Source: a virus (Duplodnaviria; Caudoviricetes). Taken from it: DNA of 44,767 nt. Each line of letters opens with the position of its first letter. Position 1 is the stretch's first letter. Position numbers and translations under genes: made by a program. The stretch covers positions 1 through 44,767 of the IMG/VR virus record IMGVR_UViG_3300027575_000005. One strand, given 5' to 3'. Positions 1-7,533 of this stretch are shown here, piece after piece. The notes under the pieces were generated by a model that did no database searches, had not been told where the DNA came from, and was given only the letters and a program-made list of their open reading frames with translations.

Positions 1-323
1 CGAGCGTCGATGGCGTCCTATTCGATCCGCCATTTTCGCCCCGCCAGGTCAAGGAAGCCTATCAAGGATTTGGCCCGCTCGACACTACCAGGCGCTTCTA
101 CAGCTCGCGAAAGCGGGAGGCCGCTAGGGTGCTAAAGCTCGGCGCTACGGCCATCGTATGCGGCTGGAACAGCCTTGGCCTGGGCGCCTGCAATGGCATG
201 GAGCTTGAAGAGGTTTTGATGGTCAACCACGGCGACCAGAACGACACCATCGTGACCGTTGGTCGGAAGGTGGCGCTGAAACTGGATTTTAGCGAACCTG
301 CCGAGCAGTTGGCGACATACTGA
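1..323 (+). CDS. Phage DNA adenine methyltransferase, 5'-truncated by window edge
   Basis: Open frame from nt 3 reads SVDGVLFDPPFSPRQVKEAY...ARVLKLGATAIVCGWNS...EVLMVNHG.QNDTIVTV. This is an amino-MTase motif IV (DPPF) with the C-terminus typical of a small phage MTase family. The ORF track shows only 129..323. Confidence 0.75.
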   Translation, partial: SVDGVLFDPPFSPRQVKEAYQGFGPLDTTRRFYSSRKREAARVLKLGATAIVCGWNSLGLGACNGMELEEVLMVNHGDQNDTIVTVGRKVALKLDFSEPAEQLATY

Positions 324-366
324 GGTTTAACAGGCACTTTCGGCTGTAACAATTCGTGATAATAGG

Positions 367-408
367 GCGCCCTAGGGCGCTTGACATTGCCGCCCTAGGG
401 CGTATTTT
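367..408 (+). promoter_or_regulatory. Sigma70 promoter overlapped by two palindromic operators
   Basis: TTGACA (381-386), 16 nt spacer, TATTTT (403-408). Perfect palindromes GCGCCCTAGGGCGC (367-380) and CGCCCTAGGGCG (391-402) lie on either side of the -35. Confidence 0.7.
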
Positions 409-439
409 AGGGTTAAGTCAAGGGTAGTTAGACCCCCGG

Positions 440-685
440 ATGGAGAGACAGATGGCCCGCGCAATAATCCGACACAATAAGAAATACGGTTACATTTCCG
501 TACTTTGCCCAATTGGGCATCTGCTCGAAGCCCATAAACTTGATCGAAACTTTGGGGGCAGCATGTTCGAGGCCGAGCTTGCATTTCGGTGCGAAGGCGA
601 CCGTTTTGATCGACTGGCCAATTGTTGCAATGGGGCTGGGCATGAAAGCCAGATGATCGGGCACAATCAGGGTCCGGCGCTATGA
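440..685 (+). CDS. Hypothetical protein
   Basis: First ORF after the promoter, with ATGA overlap to the next gene. The start may be ATG 452, which follows GGAG. Confidence 0.6.
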   Translation: MERQMARAIIRHNKKYGYISVLCPIGHLLEAHKLDRNFGGSMFEAELAFRCEGDRFDRLANCCNGAGHESQMIGHNQGPAL

Positions 686-885
686 CCGCCAAGCAATTCC
701 GCGCCCTGCTAGCCAAGCTCGATATGTCGCAGCGAGCAGCGGCGCGGTTGTTCCGGGTCAATGAGCGCACATCGCGCCGCTGGGCAAGCGGTGACTTGAA
801 GGTTCGGCAAGACGTAGCCGAGAACTTAGTCAAGCTGCACAACGGCAGCATCACGAAAGAAGATATCGACCATGCGTTTAAGTGA
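682..885 (+). CDS. XRE/Cro-type HTH transcriptional regulator
   Basis: MTAKQFRALLAKLDMSQRAAARLFRVNERTSRRWASG is a canonical HTH pattern. Confidence 0.8.
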   Translation: MTAKQFRALLAKLDMSQRAAARLFRVNERTSRRWASGDLKVRQDVAENLVKLHNGSITKEDIDHAFK

Positions 886-955
886 CCTCATGTCCACCTA
901 CCGCAGCGACCCAATATCGGGTTTCTATAAGCTCGAATATTGCACGCGAGATTAG
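872..955 (+). CDS. Small ORF (27 aa), possibly a gene remnant
   Basis: MRLSDLMSTYRSDPISGFYKLEYCTRD* fills the gap between neighbouring genes. Confidence 0.3.
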   Translation: MRLSDLMSTYRSDPISGFYKLEYCTRD

Positions 956-958
956 GCC

Positions 959-1162
959 ATGAACGTCACCCCCGACAAAATCCCAACCGACGCCCCATCA
1001 TTTCGCAAATGGGCCGATGCTGCCTGCCCGCAATGGCCCGGAGAACTGCAAGTTCTCGCCTATCGCGCTTGGCAATGGCTGGAAGGCATGTCGTTTCGGT
1101 CGGCTGCGGACCATGAGGCGTTTATGACGGGGTATAAGAAATTCACAGGAGAGGCATCATGA
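959..1162 (+). CDS. Hypothetical protein
   Basis: ORF in a tightly packed operon, ATGA overlap with the next gene. Confidence 0.65.
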   Translation: MNVTPDKIPTDAPSFRKWADAACPQWPGELQVLAYRAWQWLEGMSFRSAADHEAFMTGYKKFTGEAS

Positions 1163-1398
1163 GCCGGTCGATCGACGTGACAGGCCGTAGCCGGGAGGAA
1201 TTGCTGGTCATCGCTGAGCGCGCCTGTGCGCGACTAGTAGCCATCGCCAACTATGCGACCACGGACGAAGGCGACGAGGATGCGACCGAGGAAGAATTTG
1301 GCCTAGGCGCCAGCGACGTCGTCGAAATGGCGCACGACAACATCATCGCCGCAGCCCGAGCTACGCTGGATAGCATCCTCAAGGAGTTTCTAAAATGA
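1159..1398 (+). CDS. Hypothetical acidic protein
   Basis: GAGG RBS; overlaps neighbours on both sides. Confidence 0.65.
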   Translation: MSRSIDVTGRSREELLVIAERACARLVAIANYATTDEGDEDATEEEFGLGASDVVEMAHDNIIAAARATLDSILKEFLK

Positions 1399-1712
1399 AC
1401 AACAACTGCGTCTGCGGCGCACCAACAGAAGGCAAATGGGTTGACAAACATTCAGTCGGCTGTCCTGCGGCCCTAATCCCTTTCAGGGAAGGTTTCTATT
1501 GGGGCCAATGGCGTATCAAAGACGAAGGCACCGCCGACGAGAATGACCCGCCGGGCAAGGAATGGGAAGTGATGCACGTTGTCGAAAACTGTATCGACGA
1601 GACCGACGACGAATATCTGATGGTCATGGTGCCCGGCGTTGGGAAATGGCAGTCCGTTGAAAACTTCATTTGGGGCGATCCGGTTGCCAAACCGCCAGCA
1701 CTGAGAGATTGA
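1395..1712 (+). CDS. Hypothetical protein
   Basis: AAGGAG RBS; EGFYW motif common in small phage proteins. Confidence 0.65.
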   Translation: MNNNCVCGAPTEGKWVDKHSVGCPAALIPFREGFYWGQWRIKDEGTADENDPPGKEWEVMHVVENCIDETDDEYLMVMVPGVGKWQSVENFIWGDPVAKPPALRD

Positions 1713-1715
1713 ACT

Positions 1716-1799
1716 ATGACGGACTACAGCCGCGCCAGCCGGGAGAACACCCATACCGTGCAGCGGATGCGGATGGAGAAAAGTGGGAGTGCAGCATGA
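1716..1799 (+). CDS. Small ORF ending in the MRMEKS linker peptide
   Basis: MTDYSRASRENTHTVQRMRMEKSGSAA*; ATGA overlap with 1796. Confidence 0.4.
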   Translation: MTDYSRASRENTHTVQRMRMEKSGSAA

Positions 1800-2008
1800 G
1801 CCGAAAACAGGAAATCGAGATCGTGCGGCCTCGTAAAGCGATAGCGGCTTTGGAAGGCTTCAATAACGATGTTGGAGTTTTACTCGCGGCGGCGCGCAAT
1901 GCTCACTCATTTATGACGGACAAAACACTTGATCCGGTCAAGGTGTGTTCAGCTTTGGCTGAGACGCTTGCCGGGCCAATAGCGGCCGTCGCACGCTGGT
2001 ACGATTAA
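1796..2008 (+). CDS. Hypothetical protein
   Basis: MSRKQEIEIV...ARWYD*; GGAG upstream. More likely start than the 1670 given in the ORF track. Confidence 0.6.
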   Translation: MSRKQEIEIVRPRKAIAALEGFNNDVGVLLAAARNAHSFMTDKTLDPVKVCSALAETLAGPIAAVARWYD

Positions 2009-2042
2009 TGCGGATGGAAAAGAGCAGCGAGAAGGTGGCGTG

Positions 2043-2249
2043 ATGACGATAGCAAACAAGGCCGATGCGATGATCGAGCTTATGCGCGAAAGCCAGCGCA
2101 ATAAGTGTTCCGATACGGCCGCAAGACGATCTGTGAAAGCCTGTCGGATGCTCGGCATTGAAGGTGCTGAGATCATTCGAGTACTGCAATGGATAGGCTA
2201 CTGTCAATCTGATGGAACACCATACGGCAAGATCAAGCGCATTTGGTAG
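2043..2249 (+). CDS. Hypothetical protein
   Basis: ORF between two linker repeats, GAAGGT RBS. Confidence 0.6.
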   Translation: MTIANKADAMIELMRESQRNKCSDTAARRSVKACRMLGIEGAEIIRVLQWIGYCQSDGTPYGKIKRIW

Positions 2250-2287
2250 CGGATGCGGATGGAAAAGAGCAATGGGAAGGTGGCGTG

Positions 2288-2491
2288 ATGAAAAAGTATC
2301 TTGCATTGATCGCGCTGCCATTTTGGGCATTCTTGTTGACGTTTGCCGGGAGGACTGTGCTTGACTTTGCTTTTGAGCATCGGGGTGAATGGTGGGGAGG
2401 GATGCCGCTGTGGGCCATGGGGTTTGTAACGCTGGTGGCGATTGGAGTCGGCTTACCGATGTCATTCGCATTTCGCTTTTTGAAAGATTGA
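2288..2491 (+). CDS. Small two-TM membrane protein
   Basis: MKKYLALIALPFWAFLLTFAG...LWAMGFVTLVAIGVGLPM: two hydrophobic segments. Confidence 0.6.
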   Translation: MKKYLALIALPFWAFLLTFAGRTVLDFAFEHRGEWWGGMPLWAMGFVTLVAIGVGLPMSFAFRFLKD

Positions 2492-2518
2492 TGCGTCGTT
2501 AGTCGGGAAAAATTGTTC

Positions 2519-2551
2519 TTGACATAGGAGTGTATAATCCTATATTAGGAT
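2519..2551 (+). promoter_or_regulatory. Sigma70 promoter with overlapping TAGGA/TCCTA inverted half-sites (probable Arc operator)
   Basis: TTGACA (2519-2524), 16 nt spacer, TATATT (2541-2546). Inverted pairs TAGGA..TCCTA and ATCCTA-tat-TAGGAT overlap the spacer and -10. Confidence 0.7.
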
Positions 2552-2769
2552 GTGGAACACAGGGAGAAACGGTAGCGGCGAAACGAGGGGAAAGCTGACG
2601 CGAAGCCCGGCGGTCAATACCAAGTAGCGAACAGTGCCGTAGCTCACCCGAGCGATCCGGTCCCCTTCAATGGGATAGCGAACGGGAAGATGGGATCGGG
2701 AATTGTATCGGACCAAAAGTCACACGAGCAGCAAACGAACTCACTGGCCAAGTCCACCCTGTGTTCCAC
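2552..2769 (+). ncRNA. Putative structured leader or ncRNA (~218 nt)
   Basis: Begins at the predicted TSS. A 13-bp perfect closing stem GTGGAACACAGGG/CCCTGTGTTCCAC encloses candidate helices (GGTA/TACC, TGAC/GTCA, CAGTG/CACTG, CGATCC/GGATCG). No credible ORF. Confidence 0.55.
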
Positions 2770-2785
2770 TGAATTTGAGGATGTC

Positions 2786-2965
2786 ATGCCCAAAAAGACC
2801 GTCGAAACTCACGTCTACATGACGCCCGAAATCAAGAAGCGGCTTGAACATTTTGCCAAGCTGAATCATCGGAGCGTCAACGGCCAGATCATGCACTATA
2901 TCCAATCTGGCATAGAACATGACGATTTGGTTCGATCAGATAAAAAGTATCACGCGAGTAGGTAG
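2786..2965 (+). CDS. Arc-family ribbon-helix-helix repressor
   Basis: THVYMTPEIKKRLEHFAKLNHRSVNGQIMHYI matches the Arc pattern (A..N.RS.N..I); GAGG RBS. Confidence 0.8.
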   Translation: MPKKTVETHVYMTPEIKKRLEHFAKLNHRSVNGQIMHYIQSGIEHDDLVRSDKKYHASR

Positions 2966-2977
2966 GTCATGGAGGCT

Positions 2978-3100
2978 ACTTAGCGGTGAGCGGCGATGCC
3001 GGACAATCCTAGGAGAGTTGGCGGTGTCCCAAGCGGCGGTCTGCACATGGCTTCGCGCCCAGGCCGATGGAGGTGCCGCCCTCCCCGCTCACCGCTAAGT
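2978..3100 (+). ncRNA. Putative structured RNA (~123 nt)
   Basis: 16-bp perfect inverted repeat ACTTAGCGGTGAGCGG/CCGCTCACCGCTAAGT encloses GGACA/TGTCC and GGCGG/CCGCC pairs; intergenic. Confidence 0.55.
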
Positions 3101-3113
3101 CCCGGAGAGAAAC

Positions 3114-3401
3114 ATGCCAGAGCATAGCCGAGATATTTTTGAATTTGTGATGTTCGGCAAGACGCGAGTGGTCCCGCAAAAGCCGCGTGAGCGCTTTACG
3201 GTCGGGGAACAGCCCTGCCGTAAATTCTTGCGCGGCGACGCCGACATTGCGGCACTCGGCATAGGCAACCGGCAGAACCTTCACCAATGCCCGAAGTGCT
3301 GCGGCAACCGGGCGTGGTGTGACAACTGCCACGCTGACCACCATGACGGCGGTTGGGAAACATGCAAACCCGGCGCTTACGATTACGTCGAGGAAGAATG
3401 A
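3114..3401 (+). CDS. Cys-rich hypothetical protein (zinc-binding)
   Basis: GGAG RBS; CPKCC...CDNCHADHH...C. Confidence 0.65.
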   Translation: MPEHSRDIFEFVMFGKTRVVPQKPRERFTVGEQPCRKFLRGDADIAALGIGNRQNLHQCPKCCGNRAWCDNCHADHHDGGWETCKPGAYDYVEEE

Positions 3402-3404
3402 GCC

Positions 3405-3701
3405 ATGCGCGATAGCTACCCCGTTACACACTTCACGGCTGGCCGCATATTCCGATGGTTTGTGGCCAGCCGCTATCCCGATGGCGTCGTGCGCCATGAA
3501 GCCGGGCCGTTCTGGCGCTTTCTCACAGCCGAACGGCTCAAAGGGGAGTTTGTCAGAAACTACCGCAACGGCTTCGACATGGGCGAAAGCGGTAAATATG
3601 CCTACGGCAAACATGAGCCGGCTTATGGCGAATGGTGCCGCAATCCCGCTGCCTGCGCTGGCAAAGGCTATTGCCCGCTTGATCCAACCTGCGGAGATTG
3701 A
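3405..3701 (+). CDS. Hypothetical protein with Cys-rich C-terminal tail
   Basis: Ends WCRNPAACAGKGYCPLDPTCGD; operon spacing. Confidence 0.65.
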   Translation: MRDSYPVTHFTAGRIFRWFVASRYPDGVVRHEAGPFWRFLTAERLKGEFVRNYRNGFDMGESGKYAYGKHEPAYGEWCRNPAACAGKGYCPLDPTCGD

Positions 3702-3704
3702 GCC

Positions 3705-4235
3705 ATGGCAACCGACCATGAAATGCGGATCGAGGCTTTTCGGCTTTACGAAGAAAACGGACGCCTCCGCGACGCGCTCAAGGGCCTACATGATTGGTAC
3801 GTGGACTACGCCAAGACCAACAATCTGCACAACGGCGATGGAAGTCCCGCCACGTTCCATGAATTGCTTGTAGCGCGGCGGATGTTGGAATTAACGGCGC
3901 TAGCGGATGACGCGGGCTATGTTGGCGCGGCACATGGTTTTTTGAACGCGAGAGACACCGGCCAACCGCTTCAACGCGAATCCGGAATACGCGAGAAGGT
4001 CATACAGCTTCTGTGGGAGAAGCAATTTGAAGGCTCGCCCTGGCAGGGCAAGTTTCATTTGATCCGCCCTGACAGTTTAGAAGCGGATTACGGCGCTCTC
4101 GCCGACAAGATGATTGCGACCGTGCGCGCCGACATCGAGAGTTGCTTTACGCTTACCGACCGCCGCGCACCTGGCGGCGCGGACCCTGCCACAGACGATG
4201 GCACTGACAGATTTCGCCGCGCAGATGGCGGCTAA
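3705..4235 (+). CDS. Hypothetical protein
   Basis: GGAG RBS; ENGRLRDALK coiled-coil start typical of phage accessory proteins. Confidence 0.65.
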   Translation: MATDHEMRIEAFRLYEENGRLRDALKGLHDWYVDYAKTNNLHNGDGSPATFHELLVARRMLELTALADDAGYVGAAHGFLNARDTGQPLQRESGIREKVIQLLWEKQFEGSPWQGKFHLIRPDSLEADYGALADKMIATVRADIESCFTLTDRRAPGGADPATDDGTDRFRRADGG

Positions 4236-4251
4236 CACGGGGTTAACGGCT

Positions 4252-4536
4252 ATGAGCAACCGAACGCTGACGAAAGCGCTGGGCAGAAATATCCAAGCGG
4301 AAAAGCGCGACGCAGCGGAACGCGTGACAGCCCTCCGACTACAGGCGATGGCTTGGCGCCAGCTTGCGATGATCGGCCTTGTCGATCAGGAATATGCGCG
4401 AAAGACGGCTCAATGGCTTTTGTGGCAAACAGTGCCCTTCACAAATGGCCCTGCCATCGAACAATTCATTGCCGAGACTGCGGATCGCGCCAAACAGTGT
4501 GCTATCAAGGCCGGTGTTTGTACGGATAGCCGATAA
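4252..4536 (+). CDS. Hypothetical protein
   Basis: MSNRTLTKALG... is the non-overlapping start within ORF 4114..4536. Confidence 0.55.
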   Translation: MSNRTLTKALGRNIQAEKRDAAERVTALRLQAMAWRQLAMIGLVDQEYARKTAQWLLWQTVPFTNGPAIEQFIAETADRAKQCAIKAGVCTDSR

Positions 4537-4552
4537 CAGGACGTTAGCGCCC

Positions 4553-4789
4553 ATGACCAAAAGCACACATCCGATGGCTCAACAGTGGTGGGATTGGGAG
4601 CCGATAGATACGGCGCCAAAAGATGAAACCCGCATTATGGGTTCAGACGGCAAAAATTATTTTGTGATGTACTGGCGCGGTAAGGATCATCTGCCACACC
4701 AAGACAAACCGAACTGGTATATCGACGGCACCCTTATAATCTGTCGGCCTCCGACGCATTGGTGCCCGATCTTCCCAGTTGGACACTAA
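4553..4789 (+). CDS. DUF551-family phage protein
   Basis: WEPIDTAPKD...PTHWCPI signature. Confidence 0.75.
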   Translation: MTKSTHPMAQQWWDWEPIDTAPKDETRIMGSDGKNYFVMYWRGKDHLPHQDKPNWYIDGTLIICRPPTHWCPIFPVGH

Positions 4790-4814
4790 CCGCCGACAAG
4801 CATGGAGCAATTCA

Positions 4815-5135
4815 ATGGCCTTGATATCCAGCGAACTGACCGAACATCGGCATCCAGGCATCGCGCGGGCCGCGCTCGAAATGTCATACGCCAACGGCGG
4901 CATAAACCGCGATCGTTCCGAGGCGGACGTGCTTAGCGATCTCAACGTGACGCTGGCCATCATTGAAGGGTTCAAACTCGATCTTGGAGCAATCGACAAA
5001 TGGCTTGGCGCTCTCGACGAGGAGGACTTGCTTACCGTAGTAGACGGCGAAGAATCCGAGAGTGACACACTGACCGCCAAGGCTCCCGAAGGTACGCAAC
5101 CGTTGCTCAACGCCATTTTTCACGGAGCGGCATGA
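4815..5135 (+). CDS. Hypothetical protein
   Basis: GGAG RBS before ATG 4815; acidic protein. Confidence 0.65.
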   Translation: MALISSELTEHRHPGIARAALEMSYANGGINRDRSEADVLSDLNVTLAIIEGFKLDLGAIDKWLGALDEEDLLTVVDGEESESDTLTAKAPEGTQPLLNAIFHGAA

Positions 5136-5169
5136 GCCGACATACCCGTCCAATGCAGGAGGAACCTTC

Positions 5170-5403
5170 ATGATGAAGATAGTCGAATCTCTCAGCCGCC
5201 TCCCCTTCGGGACCGCGAGCGAAATCCTCAATCAGCTTGAAGCTGACGGTTTTGTTATCGTGCCAAAAGTGCCGACCGAAAAGATGATTATTGTCGGCTG
5301 CGAAAACAACCCCACGCTATGGACTGAGGAAACGGACGACGGGTTTGCCGCCATCGTGGCAAATGATGTGTTCGTGTCGATGGTCCGGGCGGCCAATCAG
5401 TAG
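5170..5403 (+). CDS. Hypothetical phage protein
   Basis: AGGAGG RBS; GFVIVPKVPTEKM motif common in phage accessory proteins. Confidence 0.7.
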   Translation: MMKIVESLSRLPFGTASEILNQLEADGFVIVPKVPTEKMIIVGCENNPTLWTEETDDGFAAIVANDVFVSMVRAANQ

Positions 5404-5414
5404 AGAACCGCCAG

Positions 5415-5624
5415 ATGCCGAGACGCTACTATCGCAAGCACGAGGTCAACGGCGCGGGTTGGACGCGCTGGATTCCAGCCGCGCGGCGGCACAAAATTAG
5501 TTGCTGCGATTGCGGCCTCGTGCATGAGTTTCGTTTTCACGTCAACAATCATGGCGTGATCCACTTCAAGGTGCGCCGACTCATTGGCGAAACGGCAAAG
5601 AAACGCCGGGCAATGAGGCGATAA
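5415..5624 (+). CDS. Small basic zinc-ribbon-like protein
   Basis: CCDCGLVH motif, recurrent in phage proteins. Confidence 0.65.
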   Translation: MPRRYYRKHEVNGAGWTRWIPAARRHKISCCDCGLVHEFRFHVNNHGVIHFKVRRLIGETAKKRRAMRR

Positions 5625-5648
5625 CATCACATCAACCGGGAGATTCGA

Positions 5649-5939
5649 ATGGCAGGCGCGGTCCTTGATTTTGTGAACGGTTACATGGGCATTGAGCGGT
5701 GCCAGAATGTCGAGAACGAGGCCGAGCAATTCTTGATGGCGCACATCTATTCAAAAAGCAAAGGACAGCGAGTTTCGTCCCCGGTTACTGTCCGACAAGC
5801 AATGGATTTTGCCACCGCCATCGTCAAACAATCCCTTCTCGCGGACGGCCATCACGAGGATGAATTGGAGGGTGTGGCGTGGAATGGTTATGCGTGGACT
5901 TCGACGAACGCTCAGATCAAGCAGGCGATAGAGAAATAG
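5649..5939 (+). CDS. Hypothetical protein
   Basis: GGGAG RBS; ORF track. Confidence 0.6.
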   Translation: MAGAVLDFVNGYMGIERCQNVENEAEQFLMAHIYSKSKGQRVSSPVTVRQAMDFATAIVKQSLLADGHHEDELEGVAWNGYAWTSTNAQIKQAIEK

Positions 5940-5959
5940 GAAGTCGGTTAAACCCCCAT

Positions 5960-6142
5960 ATGCGCCCGAAACCGAAAGCAACCCGCCGTCGAAATCATCC
6001 TAAAAATTGGGGCGATTCCGGTTGCCGTAGCAAAGTCGCACGACAGCGCCGCAAGAAGAAAAATGACGTTTCCTTACCGCGATCTCACTTTGACCGGGAC
6101 GGCTGTGACCCGCCGCAATGGTATGGCCCAACCGGAGAATAG
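5960..6142 (+). CDS. Small basic hypothetical protein
   Basis: MRPKPKATRRR...; weak RBS. Confidence 0.35.
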   Translation: MRPKPKATRRRNHPKNWGDSGCRSKVARQRRKKKNDVSLPRSHFDRDGCDPPQWYGPTGE

Positions 6143-6151
6143 GCAGTAGCG

Positions 6152-6331
6152 ATGACACAGCCGGGAAACGGAGCGCGTGAAGCACTGCGTAGCCTGATCG
6201 CAGAGTTTAATGTTGTGTCGGTCAAAAACTATGAGGCCGCAACCGATGTATTTCTCAAAGAACTTTGGGAACGTGGCTTTAAGATCGTACCGATAGGTGC
6301 TGACGCCGAGATAGCAGGAGAAGCCAAATGA
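6152..6331 (+). CDS. Hypothetical protein (not in ORF track)
   Basis: MTQPGNGAREALRSL...DVFLKELWERGFKIVP...*, 59 aa, ATGA overlap with the next gene. Confidence 0.65.
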   Translation: MTQPGNGAREALRSLIAEFNVVSVKNYEAATDVFLKELWERGFKIVPIGADAEIAGEAK

Positions 6332-6501
6332 ACAGAGAAGATGCCGATTGCATTATCGACTACATCGAGAGCATGGAAGAGGCCACTCGGCATGAGCGCA
6401 CGATGGCTTCAATGGATCAAAAAGGCTACAAGCCCGAAGAAGTAGACAGAGCGCTTAAGAAGCTCGGTAACATAGCCGGTCGCGACTGCGGACTTTTCTA
6501 G
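6328..6501 (+). CDS. Hypothetical protein (not in ORF track)
   Basis: AGGAG RBS; MNREDADCIIDYIE...RDCGLF*, 57 aa. Confidence 0.65.
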   Translation: MNREDADCIIDYIESMEEATRHERTMASMDQKGYKPEEVDRALKKLGNIAGRDCGLF

Positions 6502-6530
6502 CGACTGGTCCCTGAACAGCAGGAAGAATC

Positions 6531-6815
6531 ATGATTGCGCGCAACCCACCTGTGAACACGGAATGCCCGGAATGTGGCTCGCCGGGTGCTGGCCACAACT
6601 ATGGTTGCAGCCAATGGCTCAAGGCCAACCGGACTGAGCGCGAATCCGACGCGAAGGTGATCGCGGCGTTGAAGGGTGCGTTCTTAGCTCACCTAATGCG
6701 CGAGAATGAATGCTACTGTTTTCAAAATGGCGTGCCGTGCGATGCGAAGAAATGCGGATGCCTTATGGAACTGCAAGCGGCAGTTGATGAGCAGACAGCC
6801 GGGGAAAGCAAATGA
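6531..6815 (+). CDS. Cys-rich hypothetical protein
   Basis: AGGA RBS; CPECG...H...C and CYC...C...CGC. Confidence 0.6.
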   Translation: MIARNPPVNTECPECGSPGAGHNYGCSQWLKANRTERESDAKVIAALKGAFLAHLMRENECYCFQNGVPCDAKKCGCLMELQAAVDEQTAGESK

Positions 6816-6949
6816 ACAATTTTCTACTCGGGTTTTGTCTTGCGATGTTCATCTGCCTGATCACCACTACCACGCCAGAGCGTACCGCCAAGAATCTGCA
6901 AGAATGGTGGCGAGCCTTATCGAACCGGCCTAAAAAGCCAGAGTGTTAA
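6812..6949 (+). CDS. Small membrane-anchored protein (not in ORF track)
   Basis: MNNFLLGFCLAMFICLITT...PEC*, 45 aa, overlaps the upstream stop. Confidence 0.5.
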   Translation: MNNFLLGFCLAMFICLITTTTPERTAKNLQEWWRALSNRPKKPEC

Positions 6950-6969
6950 GCGATTATTCTGGAACAGAT

Positions 6970-7188
6970 ATGAGCAAGCATCAAAAACATTCGACAAACT
7001 ATTGGCAGGAAGGCTACGATGCTAGAGTCGCAGGGCTCAAGCGCACCCCCAATCCCTATCCGATGAAAAAGGCATCCACACCTGGGCCGTCATGGGATGA
7101 AGGATGGCGGAGTTCCGATCTATCAATTGAACTTGGCTATCTTCATGTGAACAATAGGCGCGTGCGTCGCGCGGCCACAAAAGAGTAA
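6970..7188 (+). CDS. Rmf/CrpP-fold protein
   Basis: YWQEGYDARVAG...PNPYP...WDEGW matches the ribosome-modulation-factor-like pattern. Confidence 0.65.
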   Translation: MSKHQKHSTNYWQEGYDARVAGLKRTPNPYPMKKASTPGPSWDEGWRSSDLSIELGYLHVNNRRVRRAATKE

Positions 7189-7484
7189 TGGCCAACAAGC
7201 AGGGGAATGACATGAGCCAATGCTGCGGTTTTGGAAAATGTACTGGCGCTCCTGACTGTGTGCAACGGCGCTATTATCCTTCGCCCAAGCAGGAGCCGAA
7301 CTATCCGCTCAAAGGGGACGCTTTTGGATGGTTCCTGATTGTCTCTTTGTCTCTGCTGGTGCTTGTGCCTTTCGCCGCGATTGCGGAGGCATTCGGCGAT
7401 ACGGCTGGCCCATACATTTTTTTAATTTTGGCTTTTGGTTTTCCGGCGTGGGCCATCCACCAAGGCACGAAGCCATACAGCTAG
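7188..7484 (+). CDS. Two-TM membrane protein
   Basis: Two hydrophobic helices in the C-terminal half. Confidence 0.6.
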   Translation: MANKQGNDMSQCCGFGKCTGAPDCVQRRYYPSPKQEPNYPLKGDAFGWFLIVSLSLLVLVPFAAIAEAFGDTAGPYIFLILAFGFPAWAIHQGTKPYS

Positions 7485-7533
7485 GCACTAACAAGAGAAC
7501 TGTCGGCAGAACCTATAACCAAAGGAGATACCA

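Larger units (their letters stand above)
1762..2291 (+). repeat. Three ~40-bp direct repeats at gene junctions (~1762-1799, 2008-2046, 2248-2291)
   Basis: ATGCGGATGGAAAAGAGC-agcga/aatgg-GAAGGTGGCGTGATGA at 2008 and 2253; AGCGGATGCGGATGGA shared by 1762 and 2248. Confidence 0.85.

Noticed and set aside
872-955. Integrase fragment
   Set aside because: Only a vague resemblance over 27 aa and no catalytic motifs; cannot be supported without a search.
1762-2291. CRISPR array
   Set aside because: Only three degenerate repeats, separated by ~200-bp protein-coding genes; no cas genes.
2552-2769. tRNA, RNase P or hammerhead ribozyme
   Set aside because: No T-loop or cloverleaf, no GAGGAAAGUCC, and no correctly arranged CUGANGA/GAAA core.
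3009-3873. Long ORFs 3009..3719(-) and 3319..3873(+)
   Set aside because: Shadow frames over three well-spaced + strand genes with RBSs.
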